A program made the position numbers and the translations under genes. Below, piece by piece: positions 54,958-64,000 of a stretch of DNA of 64,000 nucleotides (position 1 is its first letter; every line of letters starts with the position of its first letter). The notes under the pieces are model-generated. The model was not told the origin of the DNA. It searched no databases and saw only the letters and a list, made by a program, of their open reading frames with translations. The stretch is from Planctomycetota bacterium (GTDB taxonomy: Bacteria > Planctomycetota > GCA-002687715 > CAIWVZ01), in contig JBGANV010000010.1 in NCBI GenBank assembly GCA_044222185.1, forward strand, positions 64,001 to 128,000, given 5' to 3'.

Positions 54958-55164
54958 ATGAAGATGACCGAGATTCGAGTTCTGAAGGATGACGATCTGC
55001 GCGTGCAGATCGCCACTCTGAAGCGAGAACTCTTCGACATGCGATTCAAGGATGCGGTCGAGCAGATCGCCCAGCCGTCACGCCTGCGCGACGTGCGACG
55101 GGACATCGCCCGGATGAACACCGTCCTTCGCGAGCGTCAGAAGCCTGGGAAGGCAGCGTCATGA
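54958..55164 (+). CDS. rpmC: 50S ribosomal protein L29
   Basis: ELFDMRF, RRDIARMNT; canonical position. Confidence 0.95.
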   Translation: MKMTEIRVLKDDDLRVQIATLKRELFDMRFKDAVEQIAQPSRLRDVRRDIARMNTVLRERQKPGKAAS

Positions 55165-55469
55165 CCGAAACCAACGACATCAAGGACGATCGCGGCAACC
55201 GCAAGGCGTACATCGGCGTCGTCACGAGCGACAAGATGGAGAAGACCATCACCGTGCGCGTCGATCGCCTCGTCAAGCACGGGGTGTTCGGCAAGTACAT
55301 GCGCCGAAAGACCGTCCTCAAGGCACACGACGAGAAGGAAGAAGCGAGCACCGGCGATCGCGTGGAGATCGTCGAGAGCCGCGCTTTTTCCCGCACGAAG
55401 CGCTTCCGGCTGGTCCGGGTGCTCGAGAAGGCCCGCAACACGGCGCCCGACTTCATCCAGGAGGCGTGA
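55161..55469 (+). CDS. rpsQ: 30S ribosomal protein S17
   Basis: GVVTSDKMEKTITV, AHDE. Confidence 0.97.
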   Translation: MTETNDIKDDRGNRKAYIGVVTSDKMEKTITVRVDRLVKHGVFGKYMRRKTVLKAHDEKEEASTGDRVEIVESRAFSRTKRFRLVRVLEKARNTAPDFIQEA

Positions 55470-55472
55470 TCC

Positions 55473-55841
55473 ATGATCCAAGAACAAACGATGCTCGACG
55501 TCGCCGACAACACCGGCGCCAAGATCGTGATGTGCATCAAGGTGCTCGGCGGCACGCGCCGGCGCTATGCGTCGCTTGGTGACGTGGTCGTCGGCGCCGT
55601 GAAGAAGGCGATCCCGAGCGGCACCGTCAAGCAAGGCGAGGTCGTCAAGGGCGTCATCGTCCGCACGCGCCGTCCGGTGCGGCGTGAGGACGGCTCCTAC
55701 GTCCGGTTCGACAAGAATGCGATCGTGCTCCTGGACGCGGCCAACGAGCCCCGCGGGACGCGCATCTTCGGTGCCGTGGCACGTGAGCTGCGGGCCAAGA
55801 ACTTCATGAAGATCATCTCACTCGCGTCGGAAGTCGTCTGA
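55473..55841 (+). CDS. rplN: 50S ribosomal protein L14
   Basis: [20 protein letters not shown]. Confidence 0.98.
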   Translation: MIQEQTMLDVADNTGAKIVMCIKVLGGTRRRYASLGDVVVGAVKKAIPSGTVKQGEVVKGVIVRTRRPVRREDGSYVRFDKNAIVLLDAANEPRGTRIFGAVARELRAKNFMKIISLASEVV

Positions 55842-55865
55842 ACCTCGACTGCGACGAGCGAAGCC

Positions 55866-56228
55866 ATGAACAAGATCAGAACGAACGACGAGGTCGTGAT
55901 CCTGGCAGGGAAGGACCGCGGTAAGCGCGGAAGAGTCCTGCGCGTGATCCTGAAGCACAACCGCGTGGTTGTGGAAGGCGTCAACGTCATCACACGCCAC
56001 CTCAAGCGCAATCCCCAGAACCCGCAGGCCGGCGGCCGCGTCCACCGTCCGGGCCCCATCGCGATCTCCAACGTCGCGTTGTGGTCCGACAGCGACGGCA
56101 AGGGCGTCCGCGTTCGCATGACGGGGGCCGGCAAGGACAAGACGCGCGTCTCCGCGAAGTCCGGCGCAACGATCGGCGGAACCAAGGGCGGCAAGGCCGC
56201 TCGCCCCGCCAAGGAAAAGAAGAAGTAG
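55866..56228 (+). CDS. rplX: 50S ribosomal protein L24
   Basis: KOW motif DEVVILAGKDRGKRG, VEGVN. Confidence 0.97.
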   Translation: MNKIRTNDEVVILAGKDRGKRGRVLRVILKHNRVVVEGVNVITRHLKRNPQNPQAGGRVHRPGPIAISNVALWSDSDGKGVRVRMTGAGKDKTRVSAKSGATIGGTKGGKAARPAKEKKK

Positions 56229-56261
56229 GCCGCCCGGGGTCACTCGCAAAAGGACTGAGCC

Positions 56262-56825
56262 ATGGCTAGTGCAGTCGTCGAAAAACCGCGGATGGAAGTG
56301 AAGTACCGGACGGAGATCGTTCCGGCACTGATGAAGAAGTTCAATCTGAAGAACATCCATCAGGTTCCGCGTCTCCGGAAGATCGCCCTCAACATGGGCG
56401 TCGGCAAGGCGATCGACAACAAGAAGCGCATCGAGGAAGCGGTGCAGCACATGACCGCCATCGCGGGCCAGAAGCCCGTGATCACGCTGGCCAAGCACGC
56501 CATCGCCGGATTCCGCCTTCGCGAGAACATGCCGATCGGCTGCAAGGTCGATCTGCGAGGCGCTCGGATGTGGGAGTTCCTCGACCGCCTCATCTCGCTC
56601 GCCGTTCCGCGTATCCGTGACTTTCGTGGCCTTAAGGCCAACTCGTTCGATGGCCGCGGCAACTACACGATGGGGTTGTCGGAGCAGAGCGTGTTCCCCG
56701 AGATCAACATGGACAAGGCCGAGTTCACGCAAGGACTCGACGTCACGATGGTGATCTCCGGAGGCAGCGACGAGATGTCCTCCGAGCTGCTCACGCTCAT
56801 CGGAATGCCATTCAAGCGAAACTGA
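56262..56825 (+). CDS. rplE: 50S ribosomal protein L5
   Basis: [24 protein letters not shown]. Confidence 0.98.
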   Translation: MASAVVEKPRMEVKYRTEIVPALMKKFNLKNIHQVPRLRKIALNMGVGKAIDNKKRIEEAVQHMTAIAGQKPVITLAKHAIAGFRLRENMPIGCKVDLRGARMWEFLDRLISLAVPRIRDFRGLKANSFDGRGNYTMGLSEQSVFPEINMDKAEFTQGLDVTMVISGGSDEMSSELLTLIGMPFKRN

Positions 56826-56841
56826 AACGGGGATCCACTCA

Positions 56842-57027
56842 GTGGCTACCAAATCGCAAGTCAACAAGTCGCTCGGAACGCCGAAGTTCAAGACTCGCCA
56901 CCGCCGGCGCTGCACGTTGTGCGGCCGCGGGCGCGGCGTGTACCAGAAGTTCGGAGTCTGCCGCATCTGCTTCCGCAACTTGGCGAACCGCGGAGAGATT
57001 CCTGGAGTTCGGAAGGCCAGCTGGTGA
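56842..57027 (+). CDS. rpsZ: 30S ribosomal protein S14 type Z (Zn-binding)
   Basis: 61 aa, CTLC...[12 protein letters not shown]. Confidence 0.97.
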   Translation: MATKSQVNKSLGTPKFKTRHRRRCTLCGRGRGVYQKFGVCRICFRNLANRGEIPGVRKASW

Positions 57028-57047
57028 CCTACCGGACGGAGTGATTC

Positions 57048-57446
57048 ATGAGCAATTCTGATCCGATCTCCGACCTCCTGACGCGTATCCGCAACGCGAC
57101 GCGCAACCGCGTCGCGCACGTGGACGTCCCGGCGTCACGGACCAAGCAGGGTGTCGTCGAGACGCTGAAGCGCACCGGATTCGTCCGCGACTTCCGCGTC
57201 GTGGAAGACGAACAGCAAGGCATGATCCGGGTGTTCCTCAAGTACGGCCCGGACGGCGAGACCATCATCAACCGCATCGAGCGCATCAGCCGCCCCGGGC
57301 GCCGGGTCTACCGGGCCTGTGGCGAGTTGCCGCGAGTCCTCGACGGCCTCGGCATCGCGGTAGTCAGCACGAACAAGGGCATTCTCTCGGACCAGGAAGC
57401 ACGAGCCGCGAAAGTCGGCGGCGAAGTGTTGTGCCAGGTCTGGTGA
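57048..57446 (+). CDS. rpsH: 30S ribosomal protein S8
   Basis: DPISDLLTRIRNA, SRPGRRVY, GGEVLC.VW. Confidence 0.98.
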   Translation: MSNSDPISDLLTRIRNATRNRVAHVDVPASRTKQGVVETLKRTGFVRDFRVVEDEQQGMIRVFLKYGPDGETIINRIERISRPGRRVYRACGELPRVLDGLGIAVVSTNKGILSDQEARAAKVGGEVLCQVW

Positions 57447-57475
57447 TGTCGGACTGAACAGAAGCGAGACGAGTC

Positions 57476-58030
57476 ATGTCCCGTATCGGTGTCAAACCAG
57501 TGGCGGTTCCCTCGGGCGTCACGATCCAGGTCAAGGACCGGACCGTCGTCGCCAAGGGACCCAAGGGTGAACTTCAGTGCGCGATCGGCCCGGGGTTCTC
57601 GGTGCAGGTCGACGACCAGAAGAAGCAGGTCGCCGTCAAGCGTCCCGACGACGACCGCCAGAACCGCGCGCGTCACGGCCTCTACCGCGCCCTCATCAAC
57701 AACATGGTGAAGGGCGTCTCGGTGGGGTTCCAACGCGGCCTCGAGATCGAAGGCGTCGGTTACAACGCACGCCTCGAGGGCAAGAACAAGCTCACGCTGA
57801 ACATCGGGTTCTGCAACCCGGTCGACTTCACGATCCCGGCCGGCCTGACCGTCGAGTGCCCCAAGCCGACCCAGATCATGATCAAGGGCGCCGACCGGCA
57901 GCAGGTCGGCCAGTTCGCGGCCATCGTTCGCAAGGTGCGGCCGCCCGAACCCTACAAGGGCAAGGGCATTCGCTACGAGCGCGAGGTCATCGAGCGCAAG
58001 GCCGGCAAGGCTGTCGGCGGAAAGGCGTAA
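57476..58030 (+). CDS. rplF: 50S ribosomal protein L6
   Basis: MSRIG, GPKGEL, PEPYKGKGIRY. Confidence 0.98.
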   Translation: MSRIGVKPVAVPSGVTIQVKDRTVVAKGPKGELQCAIGPGFSVQVDDQKKQVAVKRPDDDRQNRARHGLYRALINNMVKGVSVGFQRGLEIEGVGYNARLEGKNKLTLNIGFCNPVDFTIPAGLTVECPKPTQIMIKGADRQQVGQFAAIVRKVRPPEPYKGKGIRYEREVIERKAGKAVGGKA

Positions 58031-58036
58031 TCGACC

Positions 58037-58411
58037 ATGGCCACCACCAAGACGACGATCAAGGCAACTCGCCGGCAACGGCGGAAGCAACACATCCGCA
58101 AGCGGGTGTTCGGGACCGCGGAGCGTCCGCGTCTCACGGTCTTTCGCAGCCTGAACCACATCTACGCCCAGGTCATCGACGACATGGCTGGGCGGACGCT
58201 CGTGGCGGCTGGCTCGGGGGACAAGGACCTGAAGGCAGCGTTCAAGACCGGCGGGAACATGAAAGCCGCCGAGTCGATCGGGACGGCCATCGGCGAGCGC
58301 GCCAAGAAGGCGGGCGTCACGAAGGTCGTGTTCGATCGCAACGGGTTCATCTACCACGGGCGGATCAAGGCCCTCGCCGACGCCGCCCGCAAGGCTGGAC
58401 TGCAGTTCTGA
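58037..58411 (+). CDS. rplR: 50S ribosomal protein L18
   Basis: [20 protein letters not shown]. Confidence 0.98.
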   Translation: MATTKTTIKATRRQRRKQHIRKRVFGTAERPRLTVFRSLNHIYAQVIDDMAGRTLVAAGSGDKDLKAAFKTGGNMKAAESIGTAIGERAKKAGVTKVVFDRNGFIYHGRIKALADAARKAGLQF

Positions 58412-58450
58412 CATCCGGCTCCCCGTGAGCCGGCTCGACGAGAAGATTCG

Positions 58451-58972
58451 ATGCCACCACCAAACAGAAACAGACGCCAAACGTCCTCGGACAATCAGCC
58501 TCGCGACGACATGCAGGAGACGGTGATCAAGATCAACCGCTCGGCGAAGGTCGTGAAGGGTGGCCGGCGGTTTTCGTTCTCCGCACTGGTGGTCGTTGGC
58601 GACCGCCGTGGCCGCGTCGGTATCGGCTTCGGCAAGGCGAACGAGGTCCCTCAGTCCGTTGAGAAGGGATCGAAGGAAGCGCGCAAGTCGATGACGCCGG
58701 TTGCCATGAAGGGCAGCACGATCCCGCACCGCGTGCAGGGTCGGTACGGCGCGTCATCGGTGGTCATGATCCCTGCGGCCCCTGGCACGGGCGTCATCGC
58801 CGGCGCCACCGTGCGCGCGATCGTGACTGCGGTCGGGATTCACGACATTCTCACGAAGTCGCTCGGGAGCACGAACCCGATCAACCTCGTGAAGGCGACG
58901 ATGGACGCCCTGGCCCAGCTCCGCACGAAGGAGCAGGTCGAGGCACTTCGGGGTGTCAGCCTTCCGGGCTGA
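58451..58972 (+). CDS. rpsE: 30S ribosomal protein S5
   Basis: [27 protein letters not shown]. Confidence 0.98.
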   Translation: MPPPNRNRRQTSSDNQPRDDMQETVIKINRSAKVVKGGRRFSFSALVVVGDRRGRVGIGFGKANEVPQSVEKGSKEARKSMTPVAMKGSTIPHRVQGRYGASSVVMIPAAPGTGVIAGATVRAIVTAVGIHDILTKSLGSTNPINLVKATMDALAQLRTKEQVEALRGVSLPG

Positions 58973-58989
58973 GTCTGCGAGAACCACTC

Positions 58990-59436
58990 ATGAACCTCTC
59001 TGACGTCAAGAAGGTGGACGTGCCGCGCAAGTACCGGCTTCGAGTCGGGCGCGGCATCGGATCCGGACGCGGCAAGACCGCCGCGCGCGGATTCAAGGGA
59101 CAGAACTCCCGTGCTGGCTCGCACGCGAAGGTCGGCTTCATCGGCGGTCAGATGCCGCTGTTCCGGCGTCTGCCGAAGCGCGGTTTTTCCAACGCGCTCT
59201 TCAAGGTCGTCTACGAGGTCGTCAACCTTTCCGACCTGGCGGTGTTTGCGGCAGGCTCGACGGTCGGCCCGGACGACCTCAAGGCGAAGGGCCTCATTCC
59301 GCGTCGTGCCGAGCGCATCAAGGTGCTCGGACACGGCACGGTCGACCACGCGCTGACCGTCCAGGCGCACGCCTTCTCGAAGGCCGCCAAGGATGGCATC
59401 GAGAAGAAGGGCGGAACGGCGCAGGAGATCGAGTGA
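58990..59436 (+). CDS. rplO: 50S ribosomal protein L15
   Basis: RVGRGIGSGRGKT, GGQMPLFRRLPKRGF. Confidence 0.98.
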   Translation: MNLSDVKKVDVPRKYRLRVGRGIGSGRGKTAARGFKGQNSRAGSHAKVGFIGGQMPLFRRLPKRGFSNALFKVVYEVVNLSDLAVFAAGSTVGPDDLKAKGLIPRRAERIKVLGHGTVDHALTVQAHAFSKAAKDGIEKKGGTAQEIE

Positions 59437-59437
59437 C

Positions 59438-60763
59438 ATGTTCGCCCCGATCCTGAATCTGTTCCGAGTCGAGGAGATCCGTAAGCGGATCTTCATCACG
59501 CTCGCTCTCTTGTTCGTTTATCGCATCGGTTTCCACGTTCCGCTTCCCGGCGTCAATGCGGCGGCCATGCGGGAGTTCCTCGGCAAGAGTGCAGACCAGA
59601 CGGTCGGGCAGCTCGTCGGCTTCATGAATGCGCTGTCGGGCGGCAATCTCCGCGTGCCCGTGTTGTTCTCGCTCGGGGTGCTTCCCTACATCTCCGCGTC
59701 GATCATCTTCTCGCTGCTGGTGAAGGTCATTCCCAGCCTGGAGGCCCTCTCCAAGGAAGGTGCCGCCGGGCAACGCAAGATCAATCAGTACTCGCGCCTT
59801 CTCACCGTTCCGCTGGCCTTGGGCCAGGCGATCGTGCTCTCGCTGACCACGTTCAAGAACCTCGGTGACACGGTCATCCCGGACAGCGGGATCGGCTTCA
59901 CGATCACCGCCGCGCTCGGCATCACCGCAGGAACGGTCTTCCTGATGTGGCTCGGCGAGCAGATCACCGAGTACGGCGTCGGCAACGGCATCTCGCTGCT
60001 CATCGTCACGGGCATCGTCGACAGCGTGCCGCTCGCGTTCGGGCGCATGTTGACCGCGGCGAAGGACGATCGGTCTCAGCTCGTGAACGCGGCCATCCTC
60101 GCGTGCCTGTACTTCTTCATCGTCGTGGGCGTCATCTACATGTCCAAGGGACAGCGCCGCATCCCGATGCAGCAGGCGAAGATGATGAAGGGCCGCAAGA
60201 TGTACGGCGGCAACAAGCACTACCTGCCCATCAAGCTGAACATGGCGAACGTGATGCCCGTGATCTTCGCCTCGTCGCTGCTCGTGCTTCCGCTGCAGAT
60301 CGTGCAGTGGGTGAGCGGCCGCGCCGAGCGCGTGCCGTGGTTCTCCTACGGCAGCTGGCTCCACGTTCTGCTCTATGTGGGCCTGATCGTCTTCTTCTCG
60401 TTCTTCTGGACGTCGATCATGTTCCAGCCGACCGAGATCGCGAACAACCTGAAGGAGTCGGGGGCGTTCATCCCCGGCATCCGCCCAGGTCAGAAGACGG
60501 CACAGTTCCTCGAGAAGGTTCTCGTCCGCATCACGCTGGTGGGCGGCTTCTTCCTGGCGGTCATCGCCGTGATCCCGGAAGTCGCGTCTCAGCAGATGAA
60601 CGTCGACTCGCTCGTCGCAGGCTTCCTCGGCGGTACGGGCATCCTCATCGTCGTCGGTGTCACCCTCGACGTCGTCGACAAGCTGAACGCGAGCCTCCTG
60701 ATGCGGAACTACGAGGGCTTCATGGGCGCCAGTGGCCGCAAGCCCGGCAGCGGTGCGCGCTGA
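59438..60763 (+). CDS. secY: Preprotein translocase subunit SecY
   Basis: LGVLPYISASI, WLGEQIT..GVGNGISL, FIPGIRPG, GGTGILIVVGV. Confidence 0.98.
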   Translation: MFAPILNLFRVEEIRKRIFITLALLFVYRIGFHVPLPGVNAAAMREFLGKSADQTVGQLVGFMNALSGGNLRVPVLFSLGVLPYISASIIFSLLVKVIPSLEALSKEGAAGQRKINQYSRLLTVPLALGQAIVLSLTTFKNLGDTVIPDSGIGFTITAALGITAGTVFLMWLGEQITEYGVGNGISLLIVTGIVDSVPLAFGRMLTAAKDDRSQLVNAAILACLYFFIVVGVIYMSKGQRRIPMQQAKMMKGRKMYGGNKHYLPIKLNMANVMPVIFASSLLVLPLQIVQWVSGRAERVPWFSYGSWLHVLLYVGLIVFFSFFWTSIMFQPTEIANNLKESGAFIPGIRPGQKTAQFLEKVLVRITLVGGFFLAVIAVIPEVASQQMNVDSLVAGFLGGTGILIVVGVTLDVVDKLNASLLMRNYEGFMGASGRKPGSGAR

Positions 60764-61410
60764 TGCACCTCGTCTTCCTGGGACCTCCGGGTGCTGGCAA
60801 GGGCACTCAGGCGAAGACCTTCGCCGAGGCGCAGGGCATCCCCCACATTTCCACGGGCGACATCTTTCGCGCCGCGGTGAAGGAGGGGACCCCGCTCGGA
60901 ACCCAGGCCAAGGGGTACATGGACCGCGGGGAGCTCGTTCCAGATGCCGTCGTCTGCGGGCTCGTCCGGGAGCGACTGGCCCGGCCGGACTGCCGGAAGG
61001 GCTTCATCCTCGACGGATTCCCGCGAACGGTCCCCCAGGCGGAGTCCCTCGAGCAGGACCTGGCTGGACTGGGTCTCAAGTTGACGGCCTGCGTCGACTT
61101 CCAGATCCCGAGGGACGAACTCGTCCGCCGGCTGACCGCAAGGGTCACGTGCCGCAACTGCGGAACGAGCTTCAACACACTCACGAACCCGCCGAAAAAG
61201 GCGGGGGTCTGCGACGCCTGTGGCGGCCAGACCTACGTTCGGGATGACGACAAACCGGAGACCGTGACGCGCAGATTGGAAGAGTACGACCGAAAGACCG
61301 CCCCCCTCGTGGAGTACTACCGGAAGAAGGGAACCCTTCGTCCCATACCCGCGGCGGGTGCAGTCCAGGACGTAGCTTCGGCCTTGAAACGGGCCGTCGC
61401 CGGCACTTGA
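60763..61410 (+). CDS. adk: Adenylate kinase (Zn-lid type)
   Basis: GPPGAGKGT, STGDIFR, LDGFPR, lid CRNC...CDAC. Confidence 0.97.
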   Translation: MHLVFLGPPGAGKGTQAKTFAEAQGIPHISTGDIFRAAVKEGTPLGTQAKGYMDRGELVPDAVVCGLVRERLARPDCRKGFILDGFPRTVPQAESLEQDLAGLGLKLTACVDFQIPRDELVRRLTARVTCRNCGTSFNTLTNPPKKAGVCDACGGQTYVRDDDKPETVTRRLEEYDRKTAPLVEYYRKKGTLRPIPAAGAVQDVASALKRAVAGT

Positions 61411-61464
61411 GCCGGTTTTCCGAGGCCGTTACTGTTTCGACCCTTCGAACAAGACGAGAGACGG

Positions 61465-62244
61465 GTGATCACCTTCAAGACCGAGCGCGAGATCGCAAAG
61501 ATGCAGCGCGCGGGGGAGGTGATTTCGCGCATCTTCGAGTTTTGTTCACAGCTCGTTCTTCCTGGGATCACGACGCTCGAGATCGATCGCGCGGTCGAAG
61601 CATTCATCAGGCGGAACGGGGCAGCCCCGGCTCTCAAAGGCCTCTACGGCTATCCCGCTTCCATCTGTGCCTCGGTGAATGAAGAGGTGCTGCACGGTCT
61701 TCCAGCTGAACGCGCGCTCGTCGAAGGCGACGTCCTCACGATCGATGTGGGCGTCGCCTGGGATGGCTACCACGCTGATGCAGCGCGGACCGTCGTCGTC
61801 GGGCGCGGTACGGATGAAGCGCGTCGTTTGATCGCTACGACCGCGGAGGCGCTGGATCGGGCCATCGAAGTTTGTCGGCCCGGGCGGTGGCTCTCGGAAG
61901 TCGCGCATGCGATCGAACGGGTGGCCGCGAGAGACGGATACGGGATCGTTGACGGATACGTGGGTCACGGAATCGGGACGAAGCTCCACGAGGAGCCCGA
62001 AGTTCCCAACCGCGTGACGCCTCGCCTCCGGCGGCAGGACCTGCTGCTCGAGTCGGGGATGGCGCTCGCGATCGAACCGGTCTTCCGAGTGGGAAGCGGG
62101 GCCACGCGACTGCTCGGGAATGGATGGACAGTGGTGACCGGCGACGCCAGGTTGTCGGCTCACTTCGAGGACACGGTGGTCATCATGGACGATGGCCCCA
62201 GAGTGTTGACCAGGGTCGGACACGCACTCGCGTGCGCCGGCTAG
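61465..62244 (+). CDS. map: Methionine aminopeptidase type I
   Basis: CASVNEEVLHG, IDVG, HADAA, GHGIG..LHEEP, AIEP, SAHFE. Confidence 0.95.
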   Translation: MITFKTEREIAKMQRAGEVISRIFEFCSQLVLPGITTLEIDRAVEAFIRRNGAAPALKGLYGYPASICASVNEEVLHGLPAERALVEGDVLTIDVGVAWDGYHADAARTVVVGRGTDEARRLIATTAEALDRAIEVCRPGRWLSEVAHAIERVAARDGYGIVDGYVGHGIGTKLHEEPEVPNRVTPRLRRQDLLLESGMALAIEPVFRVGSGATRLLGNGWTVVTGDARLSAHFEDTVVIMDDGPRVLTRVGHALACAG

Positions 62245-62257
62245 GAGTGGATAGTAG

Positions 62258-62473
62258 ATGCCCAAGGAAGAGCCGATTCGTTTGACGGCGACCGTGAAGC
62301 TGCCGCTACCGAACGCCTCCTTCTTGGTGCGTCTCGACAATGGACACGAAGTGATCGCGCACGTCTCGGGCAAGATGCGGATGAACTACATCCGGATCCT
62401 GCCTGGCGATCGAGTGACGGTGGAGATGTCGCCCTACGACTTGTCAAAGGGGCGCATCGTCTACCGCGACTGA
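62258..62473 (+). CDS. infA: Translation initiation factor IF-1
   Basis: [29 protein letters not shown]. Confidence 0.98.
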   Translation: MPKEEPIRLTATVKLPLPNASFLVRLDNGHEVIAHVSGKMRMNYIRILPGDRVTVEMSPYDLSKGRIVYRD

Positions 62474-62489
62474 GACGGACGGAGTCGTC

Positions 62490-62606
62490 ATGAAAGTCCG
62501 AGCTTCCGTGAAGCGCATCTGCGAGGGTTGCCGCATCATCCGGCGTCAGGGTGTCCTTCGCGTGATCTGCAAGTTGGACCGCCGCCACAAACAGCGTCAG
62601 AAGTGA
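62490..62606 (+). CDS. rpmJ: 50S ribosomal protein L36 (Zn-binding type); not in the ORF track
   Basis: Manual translation [38 protein letters not shown], with a GGAG SD. Confidence 0.97.
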   Translation: MKVRASVKRICEGCRIIRRQGVLRVICKLDRRHKQRQK

Positions 62607-62629
62607 ACCTCGAGTTCTGAGGAAAAAGC

Positions 62630-63013
62630 ATGCCGCGTATCTCGGGCGTTGACATCCCAAACAACAAGGTCGTCAGGATCTCGCTGCGCTACCTCTATGG
62701 CATCGGTCCGCACCTGGCGCTCCAGCTCTGCCAGGAGCTGAACATCGATCCCAACCTGCCGGCGAGCAAGCTGTCGGACGAAGAGGTCGCACGCATCGCG
62801 TCCGTCATCGACCGCAAGTACACGGTCGAAGGACAACTGCGCCGCCAGATCGCGCAGAACGTGGCGCGCCTGAAGAACATTCGCTGCTACCGGGGGCTGC
62901 GCCACATCCGCAACCTTCCGGTTCGCGGCCAGCACACCCAAAGCAATGCGCGCACCCGCAAGGGCCCGCGCAAGACGGTCGCCGGCAAGAAGTCTGTCAA
63001 GGCGATGAAGTGA
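62630..63013 (+). CDS. rpsM: 30S ribosomal protein S13
   Basis: RISGVD, YRGLRH..NLPVRGQ, NARTRKG. Confidence 0.98.
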   Translation: MPRISGVDIPNNKVVRISLRYLYGIGPHLALQLCQELNIDPNLPASKLSDEEVARIASVIDRKYTVEGQLRRQIAQNVARLKNIRCYRGLRHIRNLPVRGQHTQSNARTRKGPRKTVAGKKSVKAMK

Positions 63014-63087
63014 CGAGGTGCGCGTGACCCGCGCACGACGGTCGGATCCCAAACGCGGCTGCCAGGGCGGCTGCAGAGTCAGAGACG

Positions 63088-63540
63088 ATGGCAACTGAAA
63101 AGAAAGAAGCGACGGCACCGGCGGGCGGAGCAGCGGCAGCAGCGGGCGACAAGCCGGCGGCGGCACCTGCGCGCGCGAAGAAGGTCAAGAAGTCCGTCTC
63201 GAAGGCGCTGGTCCACGTCAAGGCCAGCTTCAACAACACGATCGTCACGATCACGGACGTTCAGGGCAACACGCTCTGCTGGTCCAGTGCCGGGGCGATC
63301 GGCTACAAGGGCTCGCGCAAGAGCACGCCGTTCGCAGCGCAACGCGCCGCCGAACGCGCGGGCGAACTGGCTTCCAAGTTCGGCGTGAAGGAAGTCGAAG
63401 TTCGCATCAAGGGACCGGGCTCCGGACGCGAGTCAGCGGTCCGCGCGCTTCGTCAGTCCGGACTCGAGATCAAGTCCGTGGAAGACGTCACGCCGCTCCC
63501 GCACAACGGATGCCGTCCGCGCAAGCGCCGTCGCGTCTGA
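63088..63540 (+). CDS. rpsK: 30S ribosomal protein S11
   Basis: [28 protein letters not shown]. Ala-rich N-terminal extension. Confidence 0.98.
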   Translation: MATEKKEATAPAGGAAAAAGDKPAAAPARAKKVKKSVSKALVHVKASFNNTIVTITDVQGNTLCWSSAGAIGYKGSRKSTPFAAQRAAERAGELASKFGVKEVEVRIKGPGSGRESAVRALRQSGLEIKSVEDVTPLPHNGCRPRKRRRV

Positions 63541-63573
63541 TTCACCGACCCTCAAGACGAGGCAGAGAGAAAC

Positions 63574-64000
63574 ATGGCACGTTACATCGGTCCGAAATGC
63601 CGGCTGTGCCGGCGTGAAGGCATGCAGCTGTTCCTCAAGGGGGAGCGCTGCCACACCGTCAAGTGCGCGATCGCTCGCCGCGGCGACAACTACCCGCCGG
63701 GCGGCCGCATGATGAAGCGCGGTCGCGGTGGCTCCGACTACGGAAGCCAGCTGCGCGAAAAGCAGCGCCTGAAGCGACTCTTCGGCATGCTCGAGCGCCA
63801 GTTCCGTCTGGCGTTCGCGCGCGCTCAGCGCAGCCGCGGCAACACGGGCGCCACGCTGCTTCAGGTCGCCGAGCGTCGCCTGGACAACATCGTCCGCATC
63901 TCCGGCTTCGGGCACGGCCCGGCCAGCGCTCGCCAGATCGTGGCGCACGGCTGGGTGCTCGTGAACAACCGCAAGGTCGACCGTCCGTCGTACATGGTTC
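63574..64000 (+). CDS. rpsD: 30S ribosomal protein S4, 3'-truncated by the window edge; not in the ORF track
   Basis: Manual translation MARYIGPKCRLCRREGMQLFLKGERC...QLREKQRLKR...ERRLDNIV; open to the window end. Confidence 0.96.
   Translation, partial: MARYIGPKCRLCRREGMQLFLKGERCHTVKCAIARRGDNYPPGGRMMKRGRGGSDYGSQLREKQRLKRLFGMLERQFRLAFARAQRSRGNTGATLLQVAERRLDNIVRISGFGHGPASARQIVAHGWVLVNNRKVDRPSYMV

Noticed and set aside
60763-62244. Foreign origin of adk/map suggested by different codon usage
   Set aside because: They occupy the canonical secY-adk-map-infA position. Weaker codon bias is explained by lower expression than ribosomal genes.

Overview
High-GC bacterial chromosome segment, most likely Planctomycetota (inferred from the lepA-lepB-lptB order, the insertion-bearing signal peptidase I, the lack of rpmD and the protein styles). 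The left half (1-29.4 kb) holds housekeeping and envelope genes: a metallophosphoesterase/beta-propeller protein, a GH38-like protein, metH, msrA, a DUF4272-like protein, a REC-HD-GYP regulator, lptB, lepB, lepA, rdgB, rph, an OmpR-family two-component pair, an MsbA-like ABC transporter, birA, nadC, a ComEA-like protein, HU/IHF, an Smr-less mutS2 and two tandem GT-C-like membrane proteins. The right half (32.7-64 kb) is the core translation/transcription cluster: 4 tRNAs, tuf, secE-nusG, rplKAJL, rpoBC, rpsLG-fusA, and the S10/spc/alpha operons up to a partial rpsD. The most notable element is a full-length group II intron (about 29481-31524) inserted immediately after the apparent original, probably leaderless, ATG of aroC. 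Its candidate EBS1 loop (CAUG) matches that start codon, and its domain VI ends in a Shine-Dalgarno-like GAGGT plus ATG that is in frame with aroC. It looks like a start-codon-targeting intron that replaces the host's translation start. Also notable are a 700-nt hairpin-dense spacer between fusA and rpsJ and REP-like palindromic repeats between metH and msrA. All calls come from reading the sequence; no database searches were run.
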